In this document: piece after piece, positions 36,654-46,845 of the stretch | Numbering within the stretch: the stretch's first letter is position 1 | Layout of the letters: the number at the start of each line of letters is the position of its first letter | DNA from: Candidatus Sericytochromatia bacterium | GTDB lineage: Bacteria > Cyanobacteriota > Sericytochromatia > S15B-MN24 > VGJW01 | Direction of reading: 5' to 3' | DNA length: 64,000 nt | NCBI GenBank assembly: GCA_035285865.1 | Contig: JAYKHS010000030.1 | Location: forward strand, 121,643-185,642 | The notes under the pieces: model-generated | The model's input: the letters and a program-made list of their open reading frames with translations, nothing else | Database searches by the model: none | Told to the model about the DNA's origin: nothing | Program-made: the position numbers and the translations under genes

Positions 36654-37928
36654 ATGGGGTGGCTTGCGGGACTCGGTCTGACCCTGGCAACGCTGCTCGG
36701 TGCGCCGCTGTTCGTCATCCTGTCCCTGCTCACCGTCATCGGTTTCCTCGCCGATGGCCAGGATGCAGCCATCCTCTTCACAGAGTTCGTGAAGATCGCC
36801 GAACAGCCGATGTTCATCGCCATCCCGCTCTTCACTTTCGCGGGCTATCTGATGGCCGAGTCGAAGACCAGTGTCCGCCTGATCGATCTGACCAAGGCCC
36901 TGGTCGGATGGTTACCCGGCGGCGTCGCCATCGTCGCCCTGCTTTCGTGTGCGTTCTTCACTGTTTTCACCGGCGTGTCGGGGGTGACCGTCATCGCTCT
37001 CGGCGGTCTGCTGCTGCCGGCCCTCCTTCGTGAGGGTTATCCCGAGCGCTTCGCGTTGGGGCTCCTGACGACGGGAGGAAGCCGGGGTCTGCTCTTTCCG
37101 CCCTCGCTGCCCATCATCATCTACGGCGTCATTGCTCAGGTAGATATTGGCAAGCTTTTCATTGCCGGCGTCGTGCCCGGTGTGCTGGATCTGGCGGCGG
37201 CACTGATCTTGTGTCTGATGCTCGGGGGGCGTGGCCCGTCAGAGCGCGTGCCGTTCCGTCTGGACGAGGCGTGGCGCGCGCTCAAGGCGGCGGCATGGGA
37301 AATCCCGGTGCCTTTCATCATCTTCGGCGGTATCTACGGCGGTTTCCTGACGGCTGCGGAGGCCGCCGTCACCATGGCGCTCTACGTCTTCATCGTCGAG
37401 GTGTTCATCTACAAGGATCTGCATTGGCGCCGCGATGTGCCCCGCGTGATTCGCGAGTCGATGGTCCTTGTCGGCGGCATCCTGATCATCATCGGTGCGG
37501 CCCTCGGGCTCACCAACCTGCTCGTCGATCGTGAAGTGCCCGACCAGCTCTTCCAGGCCATCCAGCCCTTCATCACCAACAAGATCACGTTCCTGCTCGT
37601 CCTTAACGTGTTCCTGCTGGTCGTGGCCGCACTGCTGGACGTCTTCTCGGCCATCCTTGTCGTTTTGCCCCTGATTTTGCCTCTGGCGGCCAACTATGGG
37701 GTAGACCCCGTCCATCTGGGCATCGTCTTTCTCATGAACCTCGAGATCGGCTACAGCCTGCCTCCCATGGGCCTCAATCTCTTCGTGGCGTCTTTCCGCT
37801 TCAACCAGCCGATCATGGCGCTCTACAGGGCGACCCTGCCGTTCCTGGTGGCAACATTGGTGGTGCTTGCCCTGGTCACATACGTTCCTTCAATCTCCCT
37901 TTGGCTGCTCGGGGTGGTGCAACCGTGA
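36654..37928 (+). CDS. dctM: TRAP large permease
   Basis: AIPLFTFAG, GLLFPPSLP, TAAEAA, GVDPVHLG, PPMGLNLF. Confidence 0.93.
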   Translation: MGWLAGLGLTLATLLGAPLFVILSLLTVIGFLADGQDAAILFTEFVKIAEQPMFIAIPLFTFAGYLMAESKTSVRLIDLTKALVGWLPGGVAIVALLSCAFFTVFTGVSGVTVIALGGLLLPALLREGYPERFALGLLTTGGSRGLLFPPSLPIIIYGVIAQVDIGKLFIAGVVPGVLDLAAALILCLMLGGRGPSERVPFRLDEAWRALKAAAWEIPVPFIIFGGIYGGFLTAAEAAVTMALYVFIVEVFIYKDLHWRRDVPRVIRESMVLVGGILIIIGAALGLTNLLVDREVPDQLFQAIQPFITNKITFLLVLNVFLLVVAALLDVFSAILVVLPLILPLAANYGVDPVHLGIVFLMNLEIGYSLPPMGLNLFVASFRFNQPIMALYRATLPFLVATLVVLALVTYVPSISLWLLGVVQP

Positions 37929-39193
37929 GCGCGCGTCCAGCGCCCTCGCCGCTGCTCTTCCTGTTCATCACGCTGCTGCTGGACATCATGGGCATCGGAC
38001 TTATCGTGCCCATCACCCCGGGCCTCGTGGCGGAGCTTGCTCCATCGGCCGACCCGTCGCGACATGCAGCGCTCGTGGGTTACCTCTTCGCCTCATTCAC
38101 CTTCATGCAGTTCCTGGCTGCGCCGTTTCTCGGTGCGCTGTCCGATGCCGTCGGGCGAAAGCCGGTCCTGCTGGTGGCCCTCGTGGGGACTTCGGCGAGT
38201 TATGTCGGCATGGCGCTCGCCAACAGCCTCGAGCTGCTCTTCGCCGCACGCGTGGCCGCAGGCCTTGCCGGGGCCAGCCTGTCGGTTGTCAGCACCTGCA
38301 TCGCCGACCTGAGTTCACCGGAGGACCGGGCCAAGAACTTCGGTATCCTGGGCGCCGCATTCGGCATCGGCTTCATTCTCGGGCCCGCTCTTGGCGGGCT
38401 GCTGTCCGGGCACGGCCTGCGGACTCCCTTCTGGGCCGCGGCTGGATTGGCAGCAGTCAATGCCGTCTATGGCACATTTGCGGTTCGTGAATCATTGCCT
38501 GTCGCACTCCGACGGGCCGTTACGCCGGAGCGCCTGAATCCGCTGGGTAGTTGGCCGATGCTCTGGAGGCTGGACGTCGGCAGGGGACTTGTCGGGGTGC
38601 TCATTCTGTCCAGCCTTGCCCAGCAGTGCCTGCAGACCAACTGGGTGGTCTACACGACCTACCGCTTCTCATGGTCGCCTACCGAGAACGGAGTGGCCCT
38701 CGCCTTGGTCGGTGTATCGGCGGCCGTGGTGCAGGGGGGTCTCATTCGCAAGATCATGCCGGTGCTCGGGGAGCAGCGGGCGGTTGTGTGGGGCATGCTC
38801 TGGTCGGCTGTCGTGTTCATCGCCTATGGCCTCGCGACGCAGGGTTGGATGATGTATGCCATCCTCTCCGTGGCTGCGGTGGGGGGCTTGTCAGGCCCGG
38901 CCCTCCAGGCCCTCATCTCGATGCAGGTCGATCCTGCTGAACAGGGTCGTCTCCAGGGGGCCCTTGCAAGTCTCGTCAGTCTGACGGGCGTGGTAGGCCC
39001 ACTGGTTGCCAATGGCCTGTTCTCGGCTGCGACCAGTTCCTCGAGCCCATTCGTCGTTCCCGGCGTAGCCTTCTTCATGGGGGCGATCCTGTTCTTGGGT
39101 GCCGTGGCCGTGGCTGCGTCCATCTTCCGACGGCATCCCCTTCTGGGCGCCGTTCAGGCCCGCAAGCCCTTGGTCGAACCTGTCGGAGGCTGA
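37925..39193 (+). CDS. TCR/Tet-family MFS efflux transporter
   Basis: [46 protein letters not shown] overlap. Confidence 0.9.
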   Translation: MSARPAPSPLLFLFITLLLDIMGIGLIVPITPGLVAELAPSADPSRHAALVGYLFASFTFMQFLAAPFLGALSDAVGRKPVLLVALVGTSASYVGMALANSLELLFAARVAAGLAGASLSVVSTCIADLSSPEDRAKNFGILGAAFGIGFILGPALGGLLSGHGLRTPFWAAAGLAAVNAVYGTFAVRESLPVALRRAVTPERLNPLGSWPMLWRLDVGRGLVGVLILSSLAQQCLQTNWVVYTTYRFSWSPTENGVALALVGVSAAVVQGGLIRKIMPVLGEQRAVVWGMLWSAVVFIAYGLATQGWMMYAILSVAAVGGLSGPALQALISMQVDPAEQGRLQGALASLVSLTGVVGPLVANGLFSAATSSSSPFVVPGVAFFMGAILFLGAVAVAASIFRRHPLLGAVQARKPLVEPVGG

Positions 39194-39199
39194 GCCATC

Positions 39200-39532
39200 G
39201 TGGCCCGCAAACTCGAACCGCTGCTGCGCATGACCGTCGATCTCTCCGAACCGGCGGACCTGCAGCTGTTGTCCGCCAAGGTGGCAGCGTTGCGTGAACT
39301 GGTGCGCGACCAAGGGATGAAGGTGGGCATTGCCCTGCACCGTTGGCTTGATGCCAGCAGGATCGACCTCGTGCTTTTTCCCGGATCACCGGCCGCAAAG
39401 ACCGAGGCCGAAGAACTGCTGCGGCTTGGCTTCGACGTCGGCTTTCCGGATTTCGAGGCGGCAGCCGGCGAGGGTGAGGAGGCCTCTGGAGTCGAAGGGG
39501 GCCCTGAAGCCGATTCGCCGGCTGTCTCCTGA
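39200..39532 (+). CDS. Hypothetical protein with acidic tail
   Basis: Fills the gap right after the MFS gene; codon pattern is plausible. Confidence 0.5.
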   Translation: MARKLEPLLRMTVDLSEPADLQLLSAKVAALRELVRDQGMKVGIALHRWLDASRIDLVLFPGSPAAKTEAEELLRLGFDVGFPDFEAAAGEGEEASGVEGGPEADSPAVS

Positions 39533-39568
39533 GTGCCTGTTGGCAAGCACGCGTGACGCGTGCCCGGT

Positions 39569-40108
39569 TCACTCCTCAGCCAGGCCGCAGAGAACCACGG
39601 AGATTGAGGCCACGATGGCGGCGATGCGCACGGCCTCAAGGATTTGTTCTTCACTCCAGCCGAGCGGCTTCGCCTTGGATTCGTGCGCACGGGTGCAGGC
39701 GCTGCAGGCATTCAGCGCGCTAAGTGCCGTGGCCCAGAGTTCGACATCGGCCTTGGTGCCGGCCGGTTGCAGCATGCCCGTCATGCGGAGGCGCGCGGGG
39801 GTGGTGGTGTAGCCCGGCTGAGGCACGTCATGCCGGAAGCGGTAGAAGACGTTGTTCATGGCCATCAGCGCCGCGGTCGTCATGGCATCTTTTCGTGCGG
39901 AGGCTGCCAGCCACGCCTCGCCAGCAGCTTTCATCGCCTTGACGAGTGACGTGGACCGCAGGGCCAGGGCGGAAGCCAGAGCAAGGCCGCGTCGGGTTTC
40001 CAGCGGCAGTGTACTGGCGCTGTCTTCCATGACCATCTGCCAGTTGCGGGAGACATCCGGAACGTGTTCGCGGAGCAGTGCATCGAGGGCTACGAGTGTC
40101 ATGGCCAT
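39569..40108 (-). CDS. ahpD: Alkyl hydroperoxide reductase AhpD-family protein
   Basis: AALMAMNNVFYRFRH, ELWA.A.SALNACSAC..AHE, EAVRIAA. Confidence 0.9.
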   Translation of the reverse strand: MAMTLVALDALLREHVPDVSRNWQMVMEDSASTLPLETRRGLALASALALRSTSLVKAMKAAGEAWLAASARKDAMTTAALMAMNNVFYRFRHDVPQPGYTTTPARLRMTGMLQPAGTKADVELWATALSALNACSACTRAHESKAKPLGWSEEQILEAVRIAAIVASISVVLCGLAEE

Positions 40109-40173
40109 GATGCGTCAGTGTTGCGCAAGCCTTGCGGTCGGTCAACGAGTCGGATGGTCGAACCGTGCTCTAG

Positions 40174-40190
40174 TTGACAATGATTCTCAA
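40174..40190. promoter_or_regulatory. Fur/PerR-type box overlapping a TTGACA -35
   Basis: TTGACAATGATTCTCAA contains 7-1-7 TGACAAT-G-ATTCTCA, 12/14 match to TGATAAT-N-ATTATCA; upstream of feoA. Confidence 0.8.
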
Positions 40191-40255
40191 TTACGCGCAT
40201 CATGTAGACCTATTTCGTTGCGTCTTGCATTTTCTTCGCGGAGGACCGTGGCGTC

Positions 40256-40468
40256 GTGTGGTCGACCCTGAATCCCGGTGACGAGGTGGTTCTGACAGGC
40301 GTCGAAGGACGCGACAGTCGCGTACGCCACCTGATGGAACTCGGATTCACCCGAGGTGCCCGCGTGCGATTTCTGGCGCGTACCCCATTCGGGGGGCCGG
40401 TCGTCGTCGAGGTCCGGGGCGCTCGCCTGGCCATCCGCCTCTCCGATGCCGCGTGCCTGAAGGCTTGA
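40256..40468 (+). CDS. feoA: Ferrous iron transport protein A
   Basis: L.PG, LMELGF..G, PFGGP..VEVRG..LAIR. Confidence 0.93.
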   Translation: MWSTLNPGDEVVLTGVEGRDSRVRHLMELGFTRGARVRFLARTPFGGPVVVEVRGARLAIRLSDAACLKA

Positions 40469-42363
40469 CTGCGACACCGGGGTCCGGACCTGGCCCCGGT
40501 GAAGACTTCAAGGTTGCACTCGTCGGGCCGCCGAATGTCGGCAAATCCACGCTCTTTCAGGCCCTGAGCGGGGTTCGTGCGCGGATCGTGAACTACCCCG
40601 GTGCAACCGTGGATCTCCAGAAGGGCGCTTGGGCGGGTACGGGCACCCATGCACCCTGGAGCCTGATCGATACGCCGGGTATCCTCGGACTCGAGCCGCG
40701 AGGGGCTGATGAGGCCGTCACGCACCGGATCCTGTTTCCTGCCGATGCTACCGAGCCGCCGCGCATCGTGCTGGTGCTGGACCAGACACAATTGGCACGG
40801 CATCTCTATCTTGCCTTTCAGATTCGCGAAGCCGGTCTGCAGGCTGTCGTGGCCCTGACAATGGGCGACCTTCTGGATGCGCAGGGGGTCAGGGTCGATC
40901 TCGAGGCATTGTCTGCTTCCTTGCAGATGCCCGTGGTTGCCGTGGCATCCGATGACCCTGGTTCTCTGGAGTCACTGGCGGAGTCCGTAGCCTCGCTTGG
41001 TTCCGTCGCCAGGCCCGTGAAGTCCTTCGCGCCATGGGAGGCTGCTCGCGTCGAGGCCGCGCGAGAGCAGGCTGATGCCCTCGCCCGAAGGGTACTCGTG
41101 CCTGTCTCGGAGGGTCGTGCGGCGATACGGCCGTTGCATGAGCGGCTTGACCCCTGGTTGTTGCATCCATTCTGGGGGTTTCTCGTCTTCTTTGCGGCCA
41201 TGACCGGCGTCTTCAGTCTGGTCTTCTGGTGCGCCCAGCCGGCCATGGATGCCGTCGATGGGGGAGTTTCTGCCTTCGGTAACTGGCTGTACGCTTATAT
41301 GCCGGCGGGGCCGGTGGCGGACTTCGTGCGGGATGGCTTGGTTGCGGGCTTTGGCTCCGTCTTGATGTTCGTGCCTCAAATTGCCTTGCTGTTCCTCGCC
41401 ATGATTCTGTTGGAGGACTCCGGATATCTGGCACGTGCGGCCACGATGGCCGATCGTCCTCTCGCCGTGCTGGGGTTGGAGGGACGTTCGTTCGTTCCCC
41501 TGCTTTCCGGATTTGCGTGTGCCATCCCGGCCATGTTGGCGACGCGGACCATACCGGACCAGCGCATCCGGCACCTCACGCTTCTCGTGGTACCGCTGGC
41601 CAGCTGCTCCGCGAGGCTGCCCGTATATGCCCTGTTGTTGGCTTTCCTTGTCCCGCCGGATCGGCCGTGGATCGGTGGGCTTGCCTTGGCCACCCTCTAC
41701 CTGGGGGGACTGGCCGTGGCCTCGGTGTTGGCGTGGGCACTGTCGTGCGGTCTGCCGCAGGATGGCCGGAATCCCGTACCCTTCGTCATCGAACTTCCCG
41801 TCTACCGCCGGCCAGTTGCAGCAAGGGTGCTCGACGGGGTTCTGCGCAAGGTGCGGTCTTACCTCGAGAAGGCCACGATGCCCATTGTCGTCGTGGCGAC
41901 GCTGCTCTGGGCTGCTACCTACTTCCCTATTGCGGGTGACGATGCAGTGCTGAGGCTCCAGGGCTCGTATGCAGCCCAGTGGGGCCAGAGTCTGGACTTC
42001 CTGCTTGCGCCTCTGGGGCTGGACTGGCGGGCGGGCGTGGCCTTGCTGGCCGCTTTCGCGGCTCGGGAGGTGTTCGTGGCCTCGCTGGCTCTGGTGCTTG
42101 GTGTCACAGCTGAGGGAGATGGCCTGCAGGCGGGTCTCCTGCAAGCCATGCACGGCGCGACGCTGCCTGATGGCACTTTGATGTTCACGCCTGCTTCCGT
42201 CGTCGCGTTGCTCGTGTACTTCGTGATTGCGATGCAGTGTGCCAGCACCTTCATCGTCGCCTGGCGGGAGTCAGGCAGTGCACGTCTTGCGTGGGGCCAA
42301 TTGCTTGGCTTCAACGTGCTTGCCTATGGATTGGCCGCTCTGGCCCATCTTCTCCTGTCCTGA
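40453..42363 (+). CDS. feoB: Ferrous iron transport protein B
   Basis: GPPNVGKST, NYPGATVD, DTPG, LEDSGYLARA, GFACAIPA, CSARLPVY, AAREV. Confidence 0.95.
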   Translation: MPEGLTATPGSGPGPGEDFKVALVGPPNVGKSTLFQALSGVRARIVNYPGATVDLQKGAWAGTGTHAPWSLIDTPGILGLEPRGADEAVTHRILFPADATEPPRIVLVLDQTQLARHLYLAFQIREAGLQAVVALTMGDLLDAQGVRVDLEALSASLQMPVVAVASDDPGSLESLAESVASLGSVARPVKSFAPWEAARVEAAREQADALARRVLVPVSEGRAAIRPLHERLDPWLLHPFWGFLVFFAAMTGVFSLVFWCAQPAMDAVDGGVSAFGNWLYAYMPAGPVADFVRDGLVAGFGSVLMFVPQIALLFLAMILLEDSGYLARAATMADRPLAVLGLEGRSFVPLLSGFACAIPAMLATRTIPDQRIRHLTLLVVPLASCSARLPVYALLLAFLVPPDRPWIGGLALATLYLGGLAVASVLAWALSCGLPQDGRNPVPFVIELPVYRRPVAARVLDGVLRKVRSYLEKATMPIVVVATLLWAATYFPIAGDDAVLRLQGSYAAQWGQSLDFLLAPLGLDWRAGVALLAAFAAREVFVASLALVLGVTAEGDGLQAGLLQAMHGATLPDGTLMFTPASVVALLVYFVIAMQCASTFIVAWRESGSARLAWGQLLGFNVLAYGLAALAHLLLS

Positions 42364-42415
42364 CGGCGCGACAGGCGGCCTGTGCTAGCATTGGGTAGGC
42401 ACGAGGGGGTGCGGC

Positions 42416-42892
42416 ATGTTGGATATCGGTGATCTTCTTCCCGACACGCCCATGGATGGCGTCCTGCCTTCGGGAGAGGCAACTTCAGCCGATCTTCGGT
42501 CGCTTGCCCGGACCTCCGGTGGTCTGCTGGTCTACGTCTATCCCAGGGACAATACCCCTGGTTGCACGACCCAAGCTTGCGACTTCCGGGATGCACTCGC
42601 TTCCGGATTTGGTCTGAAGGTCGTCGGCATCAGCCCGGACTCCGTTGCAAGCCACCGCAAGTTCGTCGAAAGGCTCGGCCTGACTTTCCCATTGTTCAGC
42701 GATCCCGACCTTGATGTCTTGACCGTTCTTGGGGCATACGGGGAAAAGAAGATGTACGGCAAGACCGTCAAAGGAATCATTCGGTCGACGTTTGTTGCTG
42801 ACAGGCAAGGGGTGATGACGCACGTTTACCGTGCCGTCAAGGCGACGGGACATGTTGCGCGCATGGTGGCCCAGCACGGGCGGGGGGAGTGA
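42416..42892 (+). CDS. bcp: Peroxiredoxin BCP/PrxQ
   Basis: YPRDNTPGCTTQACDFRD, GISPDS, EKKMYGK, RSTF. Confidence 0.93.
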   Translation: MLDIGDLLPDTPMDGVLPSGEATSADLRSLARTSGGLLVYVYPRDNTPGCTTQACDFRDALASGFGLKVVGISPDSVASHRKFVERLGLTFPLFSDPDLDVLTVLGAYGEKKMYGKTVKGIIRSTFVADRQGVMTHVYRAVKATGHVARMVAQHGRGE

Positions 42893-42896
42893 GTTC

Positions 42897-43427
42897 ATGA
42901 TTTCCGGTTCGATTCGTCGGGTGTTGATCGCCGCAGTCCTCGCTTCGATGCAGTTGCCTGCCTTGGCACAGGATGCGGCTCCGGAGTCCACGGGGTATGC
43001 GACCGGGGACGTCGTGCTGGACCCGAATGAACCGGCTCACGGCCATCCCGGACGCCGATTCCCGTACATTCACCGCGCGCTTCGCGATCTGGACCGGGCG
43101 CGAAAGGCCTTGGAGGCAGCGCCCGCCGTAGGCCCGTTCCGGTCGCGGAAGGCTGCCGTAATCAAGGAGACCGTGGCGCTCATCCGGGACCTGGAGAAGG
43201 CGACGCGCACTCCGGCCATGAAACTCGAACGTGGGGTCCGGGTGGCCGGGACCGCTCCGGGGGAGGCGCATCCTGATCTCGTGCGTGCACACCGGAACCT
43301 GAAGCGTGCGGTCCTCGCCCTCGCCAAGGCTCCCGCTTCGGAGAACCTCGGCGGTCTTCGCATCAAGGTGCTCAAGCGTGTCCGGGCGCTGGAGGCCGAA
43401 GTCGGCAAGGCCTCGCTGGCTGGCTGA
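42897..43427 (+). CDS. Secreted protein with two helical repeats
   Basis: Signal peptide ALA|Q; repeats P...RA...L.RA..AL..AP......R. Confidence 0.65.
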   Translation: MISGSIRRVLIAAVLASMQLPALAQDAAPESTGYATGDVVLDPNEPAHGHPGRRFPYIHRALRDLDRARKALEAAPAVGPFRSRKAAVIKETVALIRDLEKATRTPAMKLERGVRVAGTAPGEAHPDLVRAHRNLKRAVLALAKAPASENLGGLRIKVLKRVRALEAEVGKASLAG

Positions 43428-43449
43428 CGGGCCCCTTTGCGGGGGGGCG

Positions 43450-45189
43450 TCAGGCGATCGCTACCTCTGCCAACTCGGCGAGGGCACCCCAAGCCTGCTG
43501 CTTGCGGCCTTCGATGAACAGCCTGACCCGTCCTTCGCGGATAGCCTCACGTACCTGTCCCAGCCCCGCTACAGCCACCTGGAAGCGTTCGTCGAAGGCA
43601 AGGGCTTCCGCCCCGGGGACCTGAATCCAGGCGCTGGTAGCGTCAATCTCCACGCGTGGCCTGTCCCAGGTCAGCGCATTCTCCACGGCCCACGGTAGCA
43701 GTTCCCAGACGGGCTCGAAGACCGTTCGATTGCGAAGGACCAGCCGGACGGCTTCGTCCGTGAACGTCAGGCTGCCGAGTGCCCGTGCCTGATGGCGTTC
43801 GGCATCCATGGCACCCAGCCGTTCCTGCAGTCTCTGATAGTCCCTCCAGACGCGGTCGGGTGCGTCTCCTTCCAGTCGCAAGCCGAAGGGGTGCGGACCT
43901 TCTTCGGAGAAGGGCTGCCCGTGGAAGCCCGCCTGGCCGCGCCAGGCCTGTCCCGTATGCACGAGGTAGTCATCCAGTGATTCGCGCAGGGGCACGATGC
44001 CGTACTTGGCCGGATTCCCGTTGACAAGGGCCCCCGGTTCGATCGACAGCGGGGTCAGGGCCAACTCATGCAGGTGCGGGCCGTGTTCGGCATGGATGTG
44101 CTCGAGCAGGTCTTCAGCGCGTCGGACATCCTCGCCCGATTCGGTGGCGAGGCCAAGAATGCCGTAGACCGAGGCCGTGAGATTGGGGGCCTCTCCAATC
44201 GTTCGTAGACGATCCAGAATCGCGTCATCCGACGAGAATGGCTTGATCCAGGCACGTTGCGCGAGGCGTTGGCGCAGGGGTTCGGAATAGGTCTGGGCAT
44301 CGATGCCCACCACGGCCGTGGCGAAGGTTTCCGAGATTCGCTCGATGAACTCGCGCTCCGGCAGCGACCAGCAATAGAAGAGGGCATGATATCGCCCGCG
44401 GGGCAGTCTATCGAAGAGCTCCAGATAGTACGGAGTCTTGTCCGGGTCCGTAACGGGATCGAAGTCGAAGAGGAAACTGCCTCCAGACCAGGGCGACAGG
44501 ACTTCCATGTCGTGGATGACCTGATCGATCGGGCGATAGACATAACCCGTCCGGTTGAAGAGGCGCTTGTGCCCGAGGGCGCTGCCGGCGCAGTAGAGAC
44601 AGGTGCTTCGGCATCCCTTGCCCGTCCAGACGAAGGGAACTTCGCGGCCAATCCACTGCAGCAGCAGGGGGTCGGCAATCGTCGTCAGATCATCCAGCAG
44701 CGTGAGATCCTCGCCGCTTCCCGGTCGTTGCACATAGGTCTGTTCGGTCGTGTGGAGGGTGCCGTCTTGCATCCACGTCAGGTTCGGGCCTGCCTCACCA
44801 CGCGCGCGCGCCAGCAGAGGATGTTCCCCATCTCCCCGTACCACGGCATCGAACAGTCCGCGGCCGACCAGTTCGGCTGCGAAGGCGGTGGCAGTCTGAC
44901 CACCCGCCACCGTCGCTATGCGGGAGTCCTGAGCCTTGACCCTGCGTGCCACTTCCGTGGCCCCGAAGAGGGTGTCCCACCACTTGCAGCTGATGGCTGC
45001 ATGTCTTGGCTTGAAGTCGGCGAGCACCCGCTCGAGGTTGGTTGTCCAACCGGGGCCGACCAGAGGTTCCATTCGGACGTCGATCCCGTTGCGCACGAGA
45101 TGTGAGGCCAAGGTCAGCGTCGCATGGTTGAACAGTGGCCGTGAGCCATCGAGGCGACGCGGCGGACTCAGGAAGAGCAGGCGTGACAT
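43450..45189 (-). CDS. Cobalamin-binding radical SAM enzyme
   Basis: N-terminal B12-binding-like domain (AISC.W...A..VK......V.GG.TAT, VVRGDGE) and GCRSTCLYC. Confidence 0.85.
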   Translation of the reverse strand: MSRLLFLSPPRRLDGSRPLFNHATLTLASHLVRNGIDVRMEPLVGPGWTTNLERVLADFKPRHAAISCKWWDTLFGATEVARRVKAQDSRIATVAGGQTATAFAAELVGRGLFDAVVRGDGEHPLLARARGEAGPNLTWMQDGTLHTTEQTYVQRPGSGEDLTLLDDLTTIADPLLLQWIGREVPFVWTGKGCRSTCLYCAGSALGHKRLFNRTGYVYRPIDQVIHDMEVLSPWSGGSFLFDFDPVTDPDKTPYYLELFDRLPRGRYHALFYCWSLPEREFIERISETFATAVVGIDAQTYSEPLRQRLAQRAWIKPFSSDDAILDRLRTIGEAPNLTASVYGILGLATESGEDVRRAEDLLEHIHAEHGPHLHELALTPLSIEPGALVNGNPAKYGIVPLRESLDDYLVHTGQAWRGQAGFHGQPFSEEGPHPFGLRLEGDAPDRVWRDYQRLQERLGAMDAERHQARALGSLTFTDEAVRLVLRNRTVFEPVWELLPWAVENALTWDRPRVEIDATSAWIQVPGAEALAFDERFQVAVAGLGQVREAIREGRVRLFIEGRKQQAWGALAELAEVAIA

Positions 45190-45203
45190 CTTGGGCAAAT
45201 GGC

Positions 45204-45234
45204 GAGACCCCCGACCCGGCGGATCGGGGGTCCC
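45204..45234 (-). terminator. Strong intergenic hairpin between the secreted protein and the radical SAM gene
   Basis: Minus GGGACCCCCGATCC-GCC-GGGTCGGGGGTCTC; no U tract on the coding strand. Confidence 0.65.
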
Positions 45235-45243
45235 TTTCGTGTC

Positions 45244-46833
45244 CTAGTAGCCGCCGGAGCTCGGAGCCTTGGTCGGTACCGGTGTCGGTACCGGTGTCGG
45301 CTTGGGCGTCGGAGCAGGCGCTGGCGCAATGCCACAGGCCTGGTCCCGAGTGCCACCGGGGGCGATGCCCCCGGACTGCTCACGGGCATCCTGTGCCACC
45401 GCTTCCGTGAAGGTCGCCAGTTTCTTCAGGCCGGCTTCCAGTTCGGCATCACTGACCACGCCGTTGTTGTCGGCATCGAAGGCAACCAGGTGGTTGCGGT
45501 CATGCGCGTCCAGATTGGCCAGCACCCGATCCCCATCCATGGCCATGGCCATGAAGCAACGGATGGACGAGGCGTAGTTCTGCGCCTCTGCCTTGCCGTA
45601 GATGCGGCCCACGCCGTTCAAGTCGTGCAGGTCGAGGACCTTCTGGTAGAAGGGGTCCTGCGCAGCCAGAGCTCCGGCACGGGACGGGTTCGGCGCGATG
45701 GCGTAGGTTGCTTGGTAAGGTGCGGTCTTGGCCGACTGGTCGCTGGCCAAGATCACTTTGGATACCGAGTTGAACGTCGCGTTGCCCGTATTGCCGGCCA
45801 GGCTGCCCTTCGTGGTACTGCCGGGGTTGTAGGCCGTACGGTCGTACTTCGCCAACGTCATCGCGTAGCTGCCGGATTCGACGAAGTCGATGATCCTGTT
45901 GTACCGCGCCTGGTCGCCGATGGCCCCCGAGTTGATGATGTCGCTGAGCGTCACCCGTCCCTCGTTCAGGGCCTTGGCCACGGCACCAAGCGTCTCGACG
46001 TCGTTGTTGCCGACGCCGCCGCCCGTGCCGATCCCCTTGCTGCGCAGGAGGGCTGCCAGGGTTCCGTTGTTGTAGTTGCCATTGTTGTTGCTGACGACGT
46101 TCCCGTTGGCCTGGAAATCGATCTGCCCCTTGTAGAGCGCGGCCACCTGCATGAAGACCTGCGCTGCAGGCGACATCTGAGTGTAAGCCTCAGCACCCTT
46201 TATCATGCCGTCCACGGAGTTCGGGGTGGTCCCCGAAGCCTGAGCGGCAAACTGGAAGGCATACATGCGGGCAATCGCCGCATCCATCAGCGGTTCGCTG
46301 TTGATCTGGCTCAGCCTGCTGCCCGCCACGGTGTTGTTCTGTGCGAAGCCGCCATTCTGGCCCTTGCCACCGCCACTGGTCGCACCGGCGAGGTAGGACT
46401 GGAACTCCTTCATGTCCTGAGGGATGCGCAAGGCTTGGCCGTGGGGTGACACCGAGCCGGAATATAGGGCGGTCTGTGCACCGCCGTGGGCGGGATGGCA
46501 GTCCACCGACTGGTCGGGATCGCCTCCCCAGCTGTTCGGGGCGGCGCAATAGGCAGCCTCGAGCTGCTGCAGGGCCTGCTCGGCAGGATAGAACAGCGGG
46601 GACACGTCACGGTAGATGAAGTCGGTGTAGGCCACCTGGTAGCAGACCTTGCCGTTCTGGACCACCCGCGTCAGGGTGATGGGGCCCTTCAGGTGCTTGT
46701 CGGCTTCTGCCGTGCCGTTGTTGGAGTAGTAGTGGGCACCCGCTTGCGGGGCAAGGCCGAGGCCCACCGTCATCGAGACCAGCCCGCCCAGTGCCACGCG
46801 GGCACGCGGGGAGAGAGATGAGAGATTCTTCAT
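45244..46833 (-). CDS. Secreted protein, mature N-terminal His, EF-hand loop, Pro/Thr tail
   Basis: Signal peptide AGA|HYY; DADNNGVVSDAE EF-hand; strong codon bias. Confidence 0.8.
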   Translation of the reverse strand: MKNLSSLSPRARVALGGLVSMTVGLGLAPQAGAHYYSNNGTAEADKHLKGPITLTRVVQNGKVCYQVAYTDFIYRDVSPLFYPAEQALQQLEAAYCAAPNSWGGDPDQSVDCHPAHGGAQTALYSGSVSPHGQALRIPQDMKEFQSYLAGATSGGGKGQNGGFAQNNTVAGSRLSQINSEPLMDAAIARMYAFQFAAQASGTTPNSVDGMIKGAEAYTQMSPAAQVFMQVAALYKGQIDFQANGNVVSNNNGNYNNGTLAALLRSKGIGTGGGVGNNDVETLGAVAKALNEGRVTLSDIINSGAIGDQARYNRIIDFVESGSYAMTLAKYDRTAYNPGSTTKGSLAGNTGNATFNSVSKVILASDQSAKTAPYQATYAIAPNPSRAGALAAQDPFYQKVLDLHDLNGVGRIYGKAEAQNYASSIRCFMAMAMDGDRVLANLDAHDRNHLVAFDADNNGVVSDAELEAGLKKLATFTEAVAQDAREQSGGIAPGGTRDQACGIAPAPAPTPKPTPVPTPVPTKAPSSGGY

Positions 46834-46845
46834 GTCTGATTTCCC

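Noticed and set aside
45271..45320. 12-nt tandem repeat GTCGGTACCGGT
   Set aside because: Simply encodes the PTPV linker
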